Shown in pieces: positions 41,056-50,287 of a stretch of 64,000 nucleotides of DNA (its first letter is position 1; each line of letters begins with the position of its first letter). The translations under genes were made by a program, and so were the position numbers. Location of the stretch: the IMG/VR virus record IMGVR_UViG_3300013121_000047, positions 64,001 through 128,000 of that record; one strand, given 5' to 3'. This DNA comes from a virus. Lineage: Duplodnaviria > Caudoviricetes. The notes under the pieces are model-generated. The model did no database searches and was not told the origin of the DNA. It was given only the letters and a program-made list of their open reading frames with translations.

Positions 41056-41060
41056 ATAAC

Positions 41061-41216
41061 ATGGATAACGTAGAACAAAAAATTAGTAATCTTTCTGTTA
41101 CTATTGAGGAGTTAGAAGAAAGAATAGAAAAATTAGAAAAAGAACTAAAAAAAATGCAATCTGTAAAGGAAACTTCACAAGTTTCGAAAGGTAAACAAAA
41201 ATTCTTAAAAGATTAA
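41061..41216 (+). CDS. Small coiled-coil protein (MDNVEQKISNL...)
   Basis: Heptad pattern; ATG 41061. Confidence 0.55.
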   Translation: MDNVEQKISNLSVTIEELEERIEKLEKELKKMQSVKETSQVSKGKQKFLKD

Positions 41217-41905
41217 TTTTTAAAATCTTCGTTTAAAAAACTTTGTATTTCTTCTTTTATTGGAAGTTTTTCTTTGTACAAATTAAAAAATCTATCGCTG
41301 TAAAAATAAGAAATTGGCATCGCAAAATAATAATTTGAGTTAGATAAATTTGCCTCAATCCAATTTTTTATTTGATTAATCTGGTTTTGTTCAAGATTTT
41401 CTAAGCTGGCAATAAATAAACTAACCGAAAATGCCCGCATTTCCCAATGGTAACGTCCAAATTTTGGAACTGGAAGTATAGCAATTAAAGCTAAAATAAA
41501 ACAAACTATAAAAGCGACATAAGATTTTAATATCAAACATATTACCGAAGCTATTAACAAGGGCAACCCAAAAAATAGTTCTGGTAAATAAGTTGGTTTA
41601 TAAAATAAATTATATCTTTCATCGTCTAATGCGTGGACTGATTCGTGAATAATCACTTCCATAAATTGTTTTGGATTTAAAGATTTAATTAATTCTTTTG
41701 GAAAATATATGGTTGAACCGAGTGTGGTTATATACCTGGCCATAAATAAAGTATTAATTTTTAAAAAAGCGAGTACCCAGCCAATCGCTTGCATAAGTCG
41801 ACTGGTTTCTTTTTCAACAAGTTTTAAAGGAGTTTTTAATTTTGGGTTAATATATTTATCAAAATATATTTGGCTATTTTTAATATTTGTCTCATAAAAA
41901 TCCAT
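41213..41905 (-). CDS. Membrane-associated zincin metallopeptidase-like protein
   Basis: IIHESVH (HExxH), downstream WEMRAF third-ligand motif, hydrophobic hairpin between. Confidence 0.65.
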   Translation of the reverse strand: MDFYETNIKNSQIYFDKYINPKLKTPLKLVEKETSRLMQAIGWVLAFLKINTLFMARYITTLGSTIYFPKELIKSLNPKQFMEVIIHESVHALDDERYNLFYKPTYLPELFFGLPLLIASVICLILKSYVAFIVCFILALIAILPVPKFGRYHWEMRAFSVSLFIASLENLEQNQINQIKNWIEANLSNSNYYFAMPISYFYSDRFFNLYKEKLPIKEEIQSFLNEDFKN

Positions 41906-41934
41906 ACCAGTAAATAGAAATTATAGTTAAAAAC

Positions 41935-42339
41935 ATGAATCTTTCTTTTTACATATTTGAAACAATCTCTTATCAAAATTTTTTAAAAATAGAACAAGAA
42001 ATTTTTAAGTCAATTCCATCTTATGATGAATATGTTAATAAACTGAAACAATTTTCTAAATCATCCAATGAATCACAATGGCTTTTTAATCACCATGCAG
42101 CTGAATTGGCTTGGGAGTCTAATTTAAAAAATGAAGCAAAAAATCATATCCAAATTGCCAATAGATTAAATCCTTTCGGAAATAAAATAACAAAAGTATT
42201 ATATTTCATTATTAATCAAAAAGGAACACAGCAGGATTTAAATAATTGGATACAAAAAAATATTAAAGATTCAACTGAAAAAGAAACTGCGATATCATTA
42301 TTGCAAAATAATCTATACGGAAAATCTTTAAATTCTTAA
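41935..42339 (+). CDS. Hypothetical helical (TPR-like) protein with IFE leader
   Basis: MNLSFYIFET; AELAW...EAKNHIQIANRLNP TPR-like; TAGTTA 5 nt upstream. Confidence 0.6.
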   Translation: MNLSFYIFETISYQNFLKIEQEIFKSIPSYDEYVNKLKQFSKSSNESQWLFNHHAAELAWESNLKNEAKNHIQIANRLNPFGNKITKVLYFIINQKGTQQDLNNWIQKNIKDSTEKETAISLLQNNLYGKSLNS

Positions 42340-42376
42340 ATGGAAATTTTTTTATTTAAAACACTATAATAAAACC

Positions 42377-42814
42377 ATGACAACAGTTAATACACCAAGT
42401 ATGGATTATTGGTTTAGTACCTCTAGTGAACCAGTTTATATTACTAATGGTAGCGGTAACACTAATACTGATACTTTTAACATTTATTATACCACATTAA
42501 TTTCTTCTACCCAAACACAAAACAAAGATATTTTTACTCCACTGAATTTTAACAATCAAACTAATGAATATTTTACAAACTTTAGTTTTGATTTAGATAA
42601 AGTAAATAAAAATAATTTTAGATGTTATGTTGATATTATTTCTTTTGAAATAAAAATAGAAAACGAAAAATTTGAAACTCTGAAAATAAAAGTTGATCCA
42701 ACTTTTAATCTTAAGACATTAAACTTTTCTATTTTTGAAAATAGAGGATCGTTAACAATAAAGAAGTATTCAGAAACGGAAATTAAACAAAAACAAAAAC
42801 TTAGATTTTTTTAA
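42377..42814 (+). CDS. Hypothetical protein
   Basis: 145 aa ORF; TATAAT 6 nt before ATG. Confidence 0.5.
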   Translation: MTTVNTPSMDYWFSTSSEPVYITNGSGNTNTDTFNIYYTTLISSTQTQNKDIFTPLNFNNQTNEYFTNFSFDLDKVNKNNFRCYVDIISFEIKIENEKFETLKIKVDPTFNLKTLNFSIFENRGSLTIKKYSETEIKQKQKLRFF

Positions 42815-43289
42815 GAATCTCTCTTTTTTGTTCTCTGTTAAGAGTTGTTAAGTCAAATAAAGTTTTACCTTCCAAATGAGACAATTCATGTTGAACAACA
42901 ACAGAAAAATCTTCATCTAAATCTTCAATAACCTCATTTGTTCTATTAAAATATTTAATAGAAATTAATTTATGCCTTTTTATTGGAAGATAAATTCCTG
43001 GAATAGAAAGGCAACCTTCGGTGGTTATAACACATTCTTCAGATTTATCGATTATTTCTGTGTTAAAGAACGTTTCAAATTCTGAAAATTTTTCTCGTTT
43101 TGCTATAAATAAATGATCAGATAATCCAATTTGAACAGACGCTAAACCAACTCCTTTTGAGCTATTACAGACTGTTTTCATTAGTTCAATTTTTTCTTTA
43201 TACAACTCAGGTTTATAATTTTTTGTGTCAATTTTTATTCCACATTTACCTTTTATTTGTTTAAAATTAAGAGGTTTATTTGTCATCAT
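42801..43289 (-). CDS. def: Peptide deformylase
   Basis: GVGLASVQIG, EGCLS and QHELSHLEG, the three PDF motifs. Confidence 0.95.
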   Translation of the reverse strand: MMTNKPLNFKQIKGKCGIKIDTKNYKPELYKEKIELMKTVCNSSKGVGLASVQIGLSDHLFIAKREKFSEFETFFNTEIIDKSEECVITTEGCLSIPGIYLPIKRHKLISIKYFNRTNEVIEDLDEDFSVVVQHELSHLEGKTLFDLTTLNREQKREILKKI

Positions 43290-45405
43290 TTAAAATTTCT
43301 CCTAGTTCTGATATTTTCATTACAGTTTGTTCATTAGATCTATCAATGTTTAACGCAAGTTTTCTTATTTCACGTTTCTGCATTATTTTATCCTGCATTT
43401 TAAACTCGGTACCAGAATCAGCGACAATATAGTAACAATAAACAGGTTTTGTTTGAAGAGTTCTATGTAGCCTTGCATTACGTTGGTCTATTTTAGCTGG
43501 GTTCCATGGTATCTCTGTATGAATAACAACATTGCTGACCGTTTGTAGACCATCCAATCCAGTTCCGCCTGCATCAGAAGAAAGGAATATTTTTGTTAGC
43601 GGATCTGTTTTAAACTGTTCTACGAGTTTTGGTCTTTGTTTTGTTGGTACGTCGCCCGAATAAATAACATAGTTTATATTACTAAATTCTTTATTTATCA
43701 TTCTTTCGATAATAGAAAGCATTTCAGTCCATTCTGAAAACAGAACTATTTTTTCATTTTTATTAACACAATGGTCTAATATTATTTTTTTAACTTCTTC
43801 GATTTTTGGTTCAAGGTAATTTTTTTGAGTTTTATCTAAAAGTTCAGACGCAGTACATGCTTGTCTTGCCTTTAGCAGATAAGCATTTAATAAAATCTGT
43901 TCGTGTGGTTTTAAAGGTTTTTCCATTCCTTTTTTTAAAAGTTTGTCTGCCATTGCTCTATAGTTTGCTTCAACTTCTTGTTGTTCTTGTGATAGTTTTA
44001 TATAAAGCGTTGATTCAGTTAATGGAGGGAGTTTTTTTCTCAATTCTTCTTCTGATATAGAGAAAACACAGTGTTGAATTTTTTTATGAAGTAAATCGAT
44101 ATTCTTAATTCCATTGTATGTTATTTTGTGTTTGGTTGCGGCAATAACTCGTTGAAAATCTCGATCAAATTTCCATTTTGGTCCAAGCATATTGTCGTCG
44201 ACAACCTGCATTGTATTGTACAAATCATCAAGTCGATTTTCAATAATAGTTCCTGATAGGCCAAGAAAATACTCTGATTTTAATTTCTTAATAGCTTTCC
44301 AAGTTTTTGTTTCACTGTTTTTAACAGTTTGCAACTCGTCTACAATTAACATATCTGCAATTCTTCTTGTTTTTTTACCTTCCCCAATTAAATCATCAAT
44401 ATATCTTGTCATCATATGATAGTTTATTACAGCTATTTGTTTTCCATTCCATTCTTTAATCTCTTTTTGAGATCCAAGAATAATCGCATCTAAACCAGTA
44501 AATCTTTTTATTTCTTTAACCCACTGTTGTTTTAATGTATTTGGAACAATTACAAACATTGTAAAATTCTCATCTAAGTCATGCAAATACTTAAACAGAG
44601 AAATAGAGGTTAGAGTCTTTCCGCTACCCGCTGGAAGCGCTACAATTGATTTTTTTGCGGCCAAACAATTCATAAAAATGTCTTTCTGATAATCAAAAAG
44701 ACTTATTCCTGGTACTATAGTTTCGAGCGTCTCTTTGATGTTAGTTTTCAATAACTTATCTTTTTCAAAATAAAATTTATTTAATTTGTCCAATTTTTCT
44801 AATTTCAATTCAGAATCTAACTTTACGTTTGCCGCAGAAGTTAGATAAACATCTAATATTTCAGCATGATCTACTAGCAGTTGCTTATGTTCTTTATTGA
44901 AGTCTTTTAACAACATCAACGTTTCTTCGTTATGATTTTTACCAGAAATTATAAACTGATTTTTGCAAAAATCATAATGGATAATTGTTTTTATTTTACT
45001 ATGATCCCTTTGAATTTTGTTTAATTCAATAAGGTGTTTGATTGCTGGTTCTTTATAATAATACTTAAAAATTCTATGCAATGCAGAAACGTGTTCGCAA
45101 AAATTAAGTTCATCTAAAATAAAATCTTGACAACCACAACTAACAGTAGCCAGATCAGGATTTGTAAATTCAACAGTTTGCTTTGAAATATTAATTTTTG
45201 TAGGAAAAGTTAAATCTAATTCATCAAAACTAACTTTATATTTTTTTCCCGTTGTTTGTTGAAAAATTTTCTTTTTTTCAATATCATCTGCCCTAACAGA
45301 TTCCTCGAAAGAAGAATACTGTTTTTCATTTTTTTCTTTATCTAAAGAGGGTAATTCGAATTCTACCATTAGTGTTAGGTAGCTATCTTTATCTATTTTT
45401 TTCAA
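43276..45405 (-). CDS. SWIM-zinc-finger SNF2-family helicase
   Basis: CGC...CEH SWIM; GSGKT, IVDELQ, LSGTIIENRLDDLY, GGTGL, PWNP...QRNARLHR. Confidence 0.9.
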   Translation of the reverse strand: MKKIDKDSYLTLMVEFELPSLDKEKNEKQYSSFEESVRADDIEKKKIFQQTTGKKYKVSFDELDLTFPTKINISKQTVEFTNPDLATVSCGCQDFILDELNFCEHVSALHRIFKYYYKEPAIKHLIELNKIQRDHSKIKTIIHYDFCKNQFIISGKNHNEETLMLLKDFNKEHKQLLVDHAEILDVYLTSAANVKLDSELKLEKLDKLNKFYFEKDKLLKTNIKETLETIVPGISLFDYQKDIFMNCLAAKKSIVALPAGSGKTLTSISLFKYLHDLDENFTMFVIVPNTLKQQWVKEIKRFTGLDAIILGSQKEIKEWNGKQIAVINYHMMTRYIDDLIGEGKKTRRIADMLIVDELQTVKNSETKTWKAIKKLKSEYFLGLSGTIIENRLDDLYNTMQVVDDNMLGPKWKFDRDFQRVIAATKHKITYNGIKNIDLLHKKIQHCVFSISEEELRKKLPPLTESTLYIKLSQEQQEVEANYRAMADKLLKKGMEKPLKPHEQILLNAYLLKARQACTASELLDKTQKNYLEPKIEEVKKIILDHCVNKNEKIVLFSEWTEMLSIIERMINKEFSNINYVIYSGDVPTKQRPKLVEQFKTDPLTKIFLSSDAGGTGLDGLQTVSNVVIHTEIPWNPAKIDQRNARLHRTLQTKPVYCYYIVADSGTEFKMQDKIMQKREIRKLALNIDRSNEQTVMKISELGEILNDDK

Positions 45406-45437
45406 ATTGTCAATTGTTATAATGCATAGTTAAAAAC

Positions 45438-46067
45438 ATGAAAAATAAATTGTTGGAAAAAGCTCCCCCTGGTAAAAAATACGAAAAACTCGTTTTAAAT
45501 TTAAAAAAGAAGTATGGTGAAACCTCTGAGCGCCCGTTCGCTATCGCGTGGTCAATTTATAATAAAAACAAAAAACATAAGCACGAAGTTGCGGGACAAC
45601 AGGCGAGTGTGTTAGGACTAACAGGAGTTCAAGATCAACTGTTAGCAGAAGAAAAGAAAGAGAAACGAATTGAAATTAAATCAGTAATATTGGAAAACAT
45701 AGAATTAAATTTTGAAGATTTTCTTGAAGATTTTTTCGATGGATTAATTCATTATTTCGGTGGGGATAATATAGAAGATATTACAGAATACAAAGAAGAA
45801 CCAGGGACAATTTTAGAAGTAAATGTAAAAATCCCAGAAATCACAGATTCCTTATTTTGGATTGGCGTATATCCAAGCGGAGAAATAATCGTAAGAGAAA
45901 TGGAAAATTGGAATAACGCTATCTTCGGTGGAATTTATGAAGACTATGAATCTGTTGAGAAATTAATTTCAGAAATTCATCATCTTATAAAAAGAGATGT
46001 TGCAACAAATAAACGTTTTAAGCAAGTTTATGAAAATTTAATGCTAAAACGTCTTAAATTAGTTTAA
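45438..46067 (+). CDS. Hypothetical protein with basic N-terminal APPG...FAIAW module
   Basis: MKNKLLEKAPPGKKYEK...PFAIAW then acidic domain; TAGTTA 5 nt upstream. Confidence 0.6.
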   Translation: MKNKLLEKAPPGKKYEKLVLNLKKKYGETSERPFAIAWSIYNKNKKHKHEVAGQQASVLGLTGVQDQLLAEEKKEKRIEIKSVILENIELNFEDFLEDFFDGLIHYFGGDNIEDITEYKEEPGTILEVNVKIPEITDSLFWIGVYPSGEIIVREMENWNNAIFGGIYEDYESVEKLISEIHHLIKRDVATNKRFKQVYENLMLKRLKLV

Positions 46068-46438
46068 AAACTTCATTCATTTTTGGATCTGCTACTTTCA
46101 CTTTTCCAACATATTGTCTAATGTTTTGTTTAATTTTAATTTCAGATTTTGAATGCGTGTGACCAGAAAGAATAATAAGTTCTTTTTCTGGAAAAGCTTT
46201 CATTAAAACTTTTAATTTAAGTCCGAGCTCAACATCGCAAAAATGATTTAGCCAATTTTCGGGCATCACAATTCCAGAATATAGACAACCTTCTTTAAAC
46301 GGAGGAACATGGACGGCAAGATAAACTTTATCGAATACTAACAATGCCTTTGCTAGTTTTGTTATCAATAACTCAGAAGATTCTTTGGAAAGAGTTTTCA
46401 CTTTTGAAAAGATATTTTCGTCTGTTTTTAGTGGCTTT
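46054..46438 (-). pseudogene. Calcineurin-like metallophosphoesterase, C-terminal fragment
   Basis: VHVPPF and LSGHTH motifs; begins exactly at the IS right end. Confidence 0.8.
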
Positions 46439-46560
46439 GTCAACTGCTCATAGCGTAACTATGAGCTTGCAAATAATAATTTCTTATTATTCACGTTTGG
46501 GGGATTGACGGTACCCTGTTCCAAGGATAAACTTGGAAATGATTGTTTCTTTTCTGATAA
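46439..46560 (-). ncRNA. Predicted omega/reRNA scaffold of TnpB-1 (5' boundary approximate)
   Basis: Overlaps tnpB 3' end and right-end hairpin as established for TnpB; guide would be the flanking AAAGCCACTAAAAACAGAC. Confidence 0.55.
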
Positions 46561-47604
46561 AAGAAACCTGTTTTTTATGTTTATTGCTGCATTAACATCA
46601 GAATGGATCTTTAGTTTACATTGATTACATCTATACATTCCCTTGTTTCTGCTTTCCTTGTTCTGGTTTTGGCAACCAGAACAAATTTGAGAAGTGTACA
46701 TGGGATTCACAAATTCAACAACAATTCCTTTTTGTTCTGCTTTATACTTTAATAATCCTTCAAATAACTTAAATCCCCAATTTGAAACTACTTTATTCGA
46801 TTTCTTGTTATATTTCTTGGGTTTGATTCTTGATAAATTCTCCAAAACATATGTTTTAACGTTTTCATTCTTAACAAGTTTCTTTGTTAAACAATGAAGA
46901 AAGTTCAAACTAAACCGCTTCTCTTTTCTGCTAATTCTTTTTAAGAACCTTTTTGCAGATCGAGTGCCTTTTGCTTGAAGTTTCCTTCTTAAATAGAAAT
47001 ACTTCCTCTTGTTTTTTCTTAATGGTTTTCCTGAAACCAATTCTCCTTCGCTTGTTGCGATAACATTTATTATTCCTCGATCCAAACCAACCATTTCTGT
47101 TCCTTTTGTTTCTTTTGTTTTATCAGATTCGAACAAAAAAGTAAAATAAAAGTGTTTTCCAATTTTTGATAAATAACCAGTTTTAAGAAGTTTCCAATTC
47201 TTAAAATAGTTTTCAATATAAGGATAAAAAGAAACAATCGTTTTAATTCTTTTATCAACAGAAGAAAGGGTCAATTGTTGGTTTCTGAGGGAAAAAGTTC
47301 TAACATCATAGCGAATGGAACTATGTTTCTTCTTTATTGGAACAGTTTTACTTCTTTTGCTTTTATTGGATTCGAGGGCTAAATCCCTTGCGGATTGAAT
47401 TAAAGCAGTTGGAAGACTTGGAAACAGTTTTTTTGATTTTTGATAAGAGTTGGAATGGGCAACTTTTTTTGAAGTTGATTTATTGGTTGAAGACCAATTA
47501 GAGTAAAAATTGAAACATTTAGAATACTCTTCCATTGTTTCAAGGAGTGTTTCTTTGTCCTTGTCGGACAAAGAAAGTTTTACTCTTAATGATCTTTGGA
47601 CCAT
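46459..47604 (-). CDS. tnpB: RNA-guided endonuclease TnpB
   Basis: RuvC VGLDRG / VLENL / HSDVNAAINI and zinc finger CSGC...CNQC all intact. Confidence 0.9.
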   Translation of the reverse strand: MVQRSLRVKLSLSDKDKETLLETMEEYSKCFNFYSNWSSTNKSTSKKVAHSNSYQKSKKLFPSLPTALIQSARDLALESNKSKRSKTVPIKKKHSSIRYDVRTFSLRNQQLTLSSVDKRIKTIVSFYPYIENYFKNWKLLKTGYLSKIGKHFYFTFLFESDKTKETKGTEMVGLDRGIINVIATSEGELVSGKPLRKNKRKYFYLRRKLQAKGTRSAKRFLKRISRKEKRFSLNFLHCLTKKLVKNENVKTYVLENLSRIKPKKYNKKSNKVVSNWGFKLFEGLLKYKAEQKGIVVEFVNPMYTSQICSGCQNQNKESRNKGMYRCNQCKLKIHSDVNAAINIKNRFLLSEKKQSFPSLSLEQGTVNPPNVNNKKLLFASS

Positions 47605-47734
47605 ACTTATACAAGTATAAAAGAAAATATCAAAAATGATACGAAATAATCATATTATTCCATTGTTAGAATTTTGGACGAGGTATTAAAAAACATATCG
47701 AAGAATAAACAAATGAATCTCATTCATCTCACGG

Positions 47735-47842
47735 AACAAGACCACCAGAGCTTGATTCTTCAAATTTCTTAGCGATTGTTTCAAATTTTGAAATATCACA
47801 TTTATCGAAGTGCGGATCAGTTAACCATGCTAGTTTTTTCAT
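47735..47842 (-). pseudogene. Metallophosphoesterase N-terminal fragment (36 codons)
   Basis: MKKLAWLTDPHF (DxH motif), SD-like GAGGT upstream; not in the ORF track. Confidence 0.75.
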
Positions 47843-47860
47843 TTTACCTCTTTGTATTTC

Positions 47861-48643
47861 TTAGCTTTTATCTAAAAGCAACTTTAAATACTCGCTGTGT
47901 ATCAAGCCATCAAATTTAAAAAAAATATCTTGTGGAAAAACTAGTTCATAGCATAATGAAAAGGTTTTTGTTTTTACGTTATAAACAAAAAACTCATATA
48001 TTTGCATAGAATGTTTTTTTTGAAGTTCATGAATTCCTTCCATGTAATTTTTATATTGAATAGCAAGATCCCATACCTCATCAAAATCATTTACATACTG
48101 ATTTGTTAATTGATTTTTGAATAGTTTCATAAATTTGTTACTTGAACATTTTTTTCTATTTTCTATATCCGAAAAATAATTTTTATTATTAGAATATGAA
48201 GTGCTAATTTTTTCAAAAATTTGTTTCGGTTGACATTTTAATAGTGTATCGTTAAAAGTATAACCAAAGGTTCTGAAAAGCAAATTATATTCTTTTATAT
48301 CTTTACAGTAGTTATCAATTGTTTTTAACCTAAAATCATAGTTGCCGAAAATATAAAATTTCTTAAAGATTGAAACATAGTCTCGAATTAATAATTCAAA
48401 TAACTCAATATCTTTTTTTATCTTAACAAAATGTAATAAAAACATTCTTTCTAGAAGATCATTTCGAATAAAGCTTTCTTTGAATTCAAATAATTTATTG
48501 TTGTATTCGTAGCGCCAATTATCTACATTTGGGATTTTTTCCTGTTCAACTAATGTTAGAAAAAATTCTTCTGTTGATAGATCAATGTTGTCAACAAATA
48601 TTTCGTCCAATGTATCATTTGATACAAGCGAATTTTCTCTCAT
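47861..48643 (-). CDS. Hypothetical protein (likely early)
   Basis: ATG 48643 lies 9 nt after a consensus -10 box. Confidence 0.6.
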   Translation of the reverse strand: MRENSLVSNDTLDEIFVDNIDLSTEEFFLTLVEQEKIPNVDNWRYEYNNKLFEFKESFIRNDLLERMFLLHFVKIKKDIELFELLIRDYVSIFKKFYIFGNYDFRLKTIDNYCKDIKEYNLLFRTFGYTFNDTLLKCQPKQIFEKISTSYSNNKNYFSDIENRKKCSSNKFMKLFKNQLTNQYVNDFDEVWDLAIQYKNYMEGIHELQKKHSMQIYEFFVYNVKTKTFSLCYELVFPQDIFFKFDGLIHSEYLKLLLDKS

Positions 48644-48652
48644 GGTGCCGAC

Positions 48653-48681
48653 ATTATACCCACGCAACAAATAGCTGTAAA
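48653..48681 (-). promoter_or_regulatory. Sigma70-type promoter TTTACA-N17-TATAAT
   Basis: -35 at 48681-48676, -10 at 48658-48653, 17 nt spacer. Confidence 0.7.
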
Positions 48682-48727
48682 GGCAGTTTTTAACAACTTA
48701 AAACTCTATATATTTAAAGATATAACA

Positions 48728-49438
48728 ATGTTATCAAATTTTATTTTTGAATCAATTGATGTTGAAGAGTTTTTGCAAAACCTAGACCAAATTAAAACTC
48801 AAATTGAAAAGATCAAATATGCCTCGGAACATTTAAAAAAACTCGGAGAAGGAGAAGGTAGAATTGTTTTTGAATTGGATGATGACAGAGTAATAAAATT
48901 GGCCAAAGAAAAATTTGGGCTTTCTCAAAATCAAAGTGAAAATTTAACCTATGAAGCCTTAGAGTCAAACAATATGGAAGAACTTGTGCCAGAAATTTTT
49001 CGTAGAGGAAAAGGATATTCTTATCTAGTTTCTGAATTTGCAAGGCCAGCAACAGAATCTGATTTCGAATCATTAGCTGGAATTTCTTGGGATGAATTCA
49101 GTTCAGAATTAGAAATGTATTACAGTGCATATAAACATAGAATATATGAGCCATTATCAGGAGAAGATGTTAATTTTTCTGACTTATCTGCAGGGACGTT
49201 TTCATCAAAAAATGAATATGAAAAATGGCGGGCAGACGAAAACCAAGATCCCATTATTGATGAAGATGATGATGTTAGAACACCACCAGAATTCATAGAT
49301 AAAATTATTTTTATAATATCCCAGGCAGGCCTAATGATTGGAGATCTTTTGTATCTTGAACACTATGGGGTTACAAAAAACAACAGACTAGTTCTGATTG
49401 ACTCAGGATTTTCTATGTCATCCGCTTTTTCAAGATAA
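48728..49438 (+). CDS. Protein-kinase-fold enzyme with IFE leader (paralog of 39268..40059)
   Basis: LGEGEGRIVF, VIKLAK, QNQSE, VPEIF, GDLLYLEHYG, LIDSG; TATTTA at 48711-48716. Confidence 0.75.
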   Translation: MLSNFIFESIDVEEFLQNLDQIKTQIEKIKYASEHLKKLGEGEGRIVFELDDDRVIKLAKEKFGLSQNQSENLTYEALESNNMEELVPEIFRRGKGYSYLVSEFARPATESDFESLAGISWDEFSSELEMYYSAYKHRIYEPLSGEDVNFSDLSAGTFSSKNEYEKWRADENQDPIIDEDDDVRTPPEFIDKIIFIISQAGLMIGDLLYLEHYGVTKNNRLVLIDSGFSMSSAFSR

Positions 49439-49439
49439 T

Positions 49440-49633
49440 TTATTTTTTGTTTACTTGTTGATCAACCCATTTATATAACTTTTCCATCCAAGTTCTCAAA
49501 GGTTGAGAAGGAGCCCAATTTAAAGTTTCTTTAATTAATTTATTGTCTGAATTCCTTCTCATAACTCCAATTGGCCCTGGAATATGTTTTATATCAAGTT
49601 TCTTCCCAAAAATGTCAATTACCATTTTTGCAA
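49440..49633 (-). pseudogene. Orphan duplicate of the 3' end of the GDP-mannose epimerase gene
   Basis: Ungapped copy of 50298-50478 at offset 845; 8 mismatches counted over the 140 bp core. Confidence 0.9.
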
Positions 49634-49707
49634 TTAGGTAATTCAACTTCAAAACTTTCGTTAGTTGATCCTAAAATATCTATAATTTCAAAACTTGAAT
49701 TTGTTGT

Positions 49708-50280
49708 TTAAAACATAAATTCTTCTTTTTTAAAATCAATTTCATTTTTTATAACTTCGGCCAACTGTTCTGGGTCTAATTTTGGATCAAAATCTATCGG
49801 CGCGATTTTTGGTATATTAAATCTTTTTGTATTGAAATCAATAGTAACTTTTTCACCCAAATAGATAAAAACTATTTTTCCATCTTGTGTTTTAGCATTG
49901 AAATGTTTTTCAAAGTAAGTTTTAAACTCATCCAAGTTAGAAACGTTTTTTACAAATTTTTTAATTTGCTCTACTATTTTTAAAAGTTCTATATTTTGAT
50001 GAACAGAATTTTTTTGATTAATAATAATATTTCTTTTTATTGATACTAATGGTGTTTTTTTAATATTAATTTCTAAATTCTTAGACTCAATATTGTAAAA
50101 CAGCTCACCGTTTAAAACATTATCAATCTTAAATTCTAATGAAATATGGCTTAAAAAGTCAACTATTTTAGTAATATGAAACTCACTTGTCAATATATTT
50201 TGCTGGATTAAATCAAATACATCTTTTAAAAGCTCAGTTGATGGATTTGTTGTTTCATAAATAAATGCTTTTAATAACAT
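49708..50280 (-). CDS. Hypothetical protein with IYE leader
   Basis: MLLKAFIYET; TACTTA 8 nt upstream overlapping the GME stop. Confidence 0.65.
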   Translation of the reverse strand: MLLKAFIYETTNPSTELLKDVFDLIQQNILTSEFHITKIVDFLSHISLEFKIDNVLNGELFYNIESKNLEINIKKTPLVSIKRNIIINQKNSVHQNIELLKIVEQIKKFVKNVSNLDEFKTYFEKHFNAKTQDGKIVFIYLGEKVTIDFNTKRFNIPKIAPIDFDPKLDPEQLAEVIKNEIDFKKEEFMF

Positions 50281-50287
50281 AACAAAA

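Larger units (their letters stand above)
46439..47734 (-). mobile_element. IS200/IS605-family tnpB-only element with truncated left end
   Basis: Right-end hairpin GCTCATAG-ttacg-CTATGAGC then AGTTGAC; left side retains only CCGTGAGATGAATG, the 3' arm of a left-end-like hairpin; no tnpA. Confidence 0.8.

Noticed and set aside
41888-41905. MDFYET (zincin) and MKFINNISET (14003) as members of the IFE leader family
   Set aside because: They lack the L-x-x-hydrophobic-I-[FY]-E spacing; too weak to include
46439-47842. IStron (self-splicing intron restoring the phosphoesterase)
   Set aside because: Only about 130 bp lie between tnpB and the upstream gene fragment, no group I core is visible, and the central catalytic motifs are missing so splicing could not restore the gene
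49440-49652. 70-aa ORF as a functional gene
   Set aside because: It is a decaying copy of the GME C-terminus with a TTG start taken from unrelated sequence
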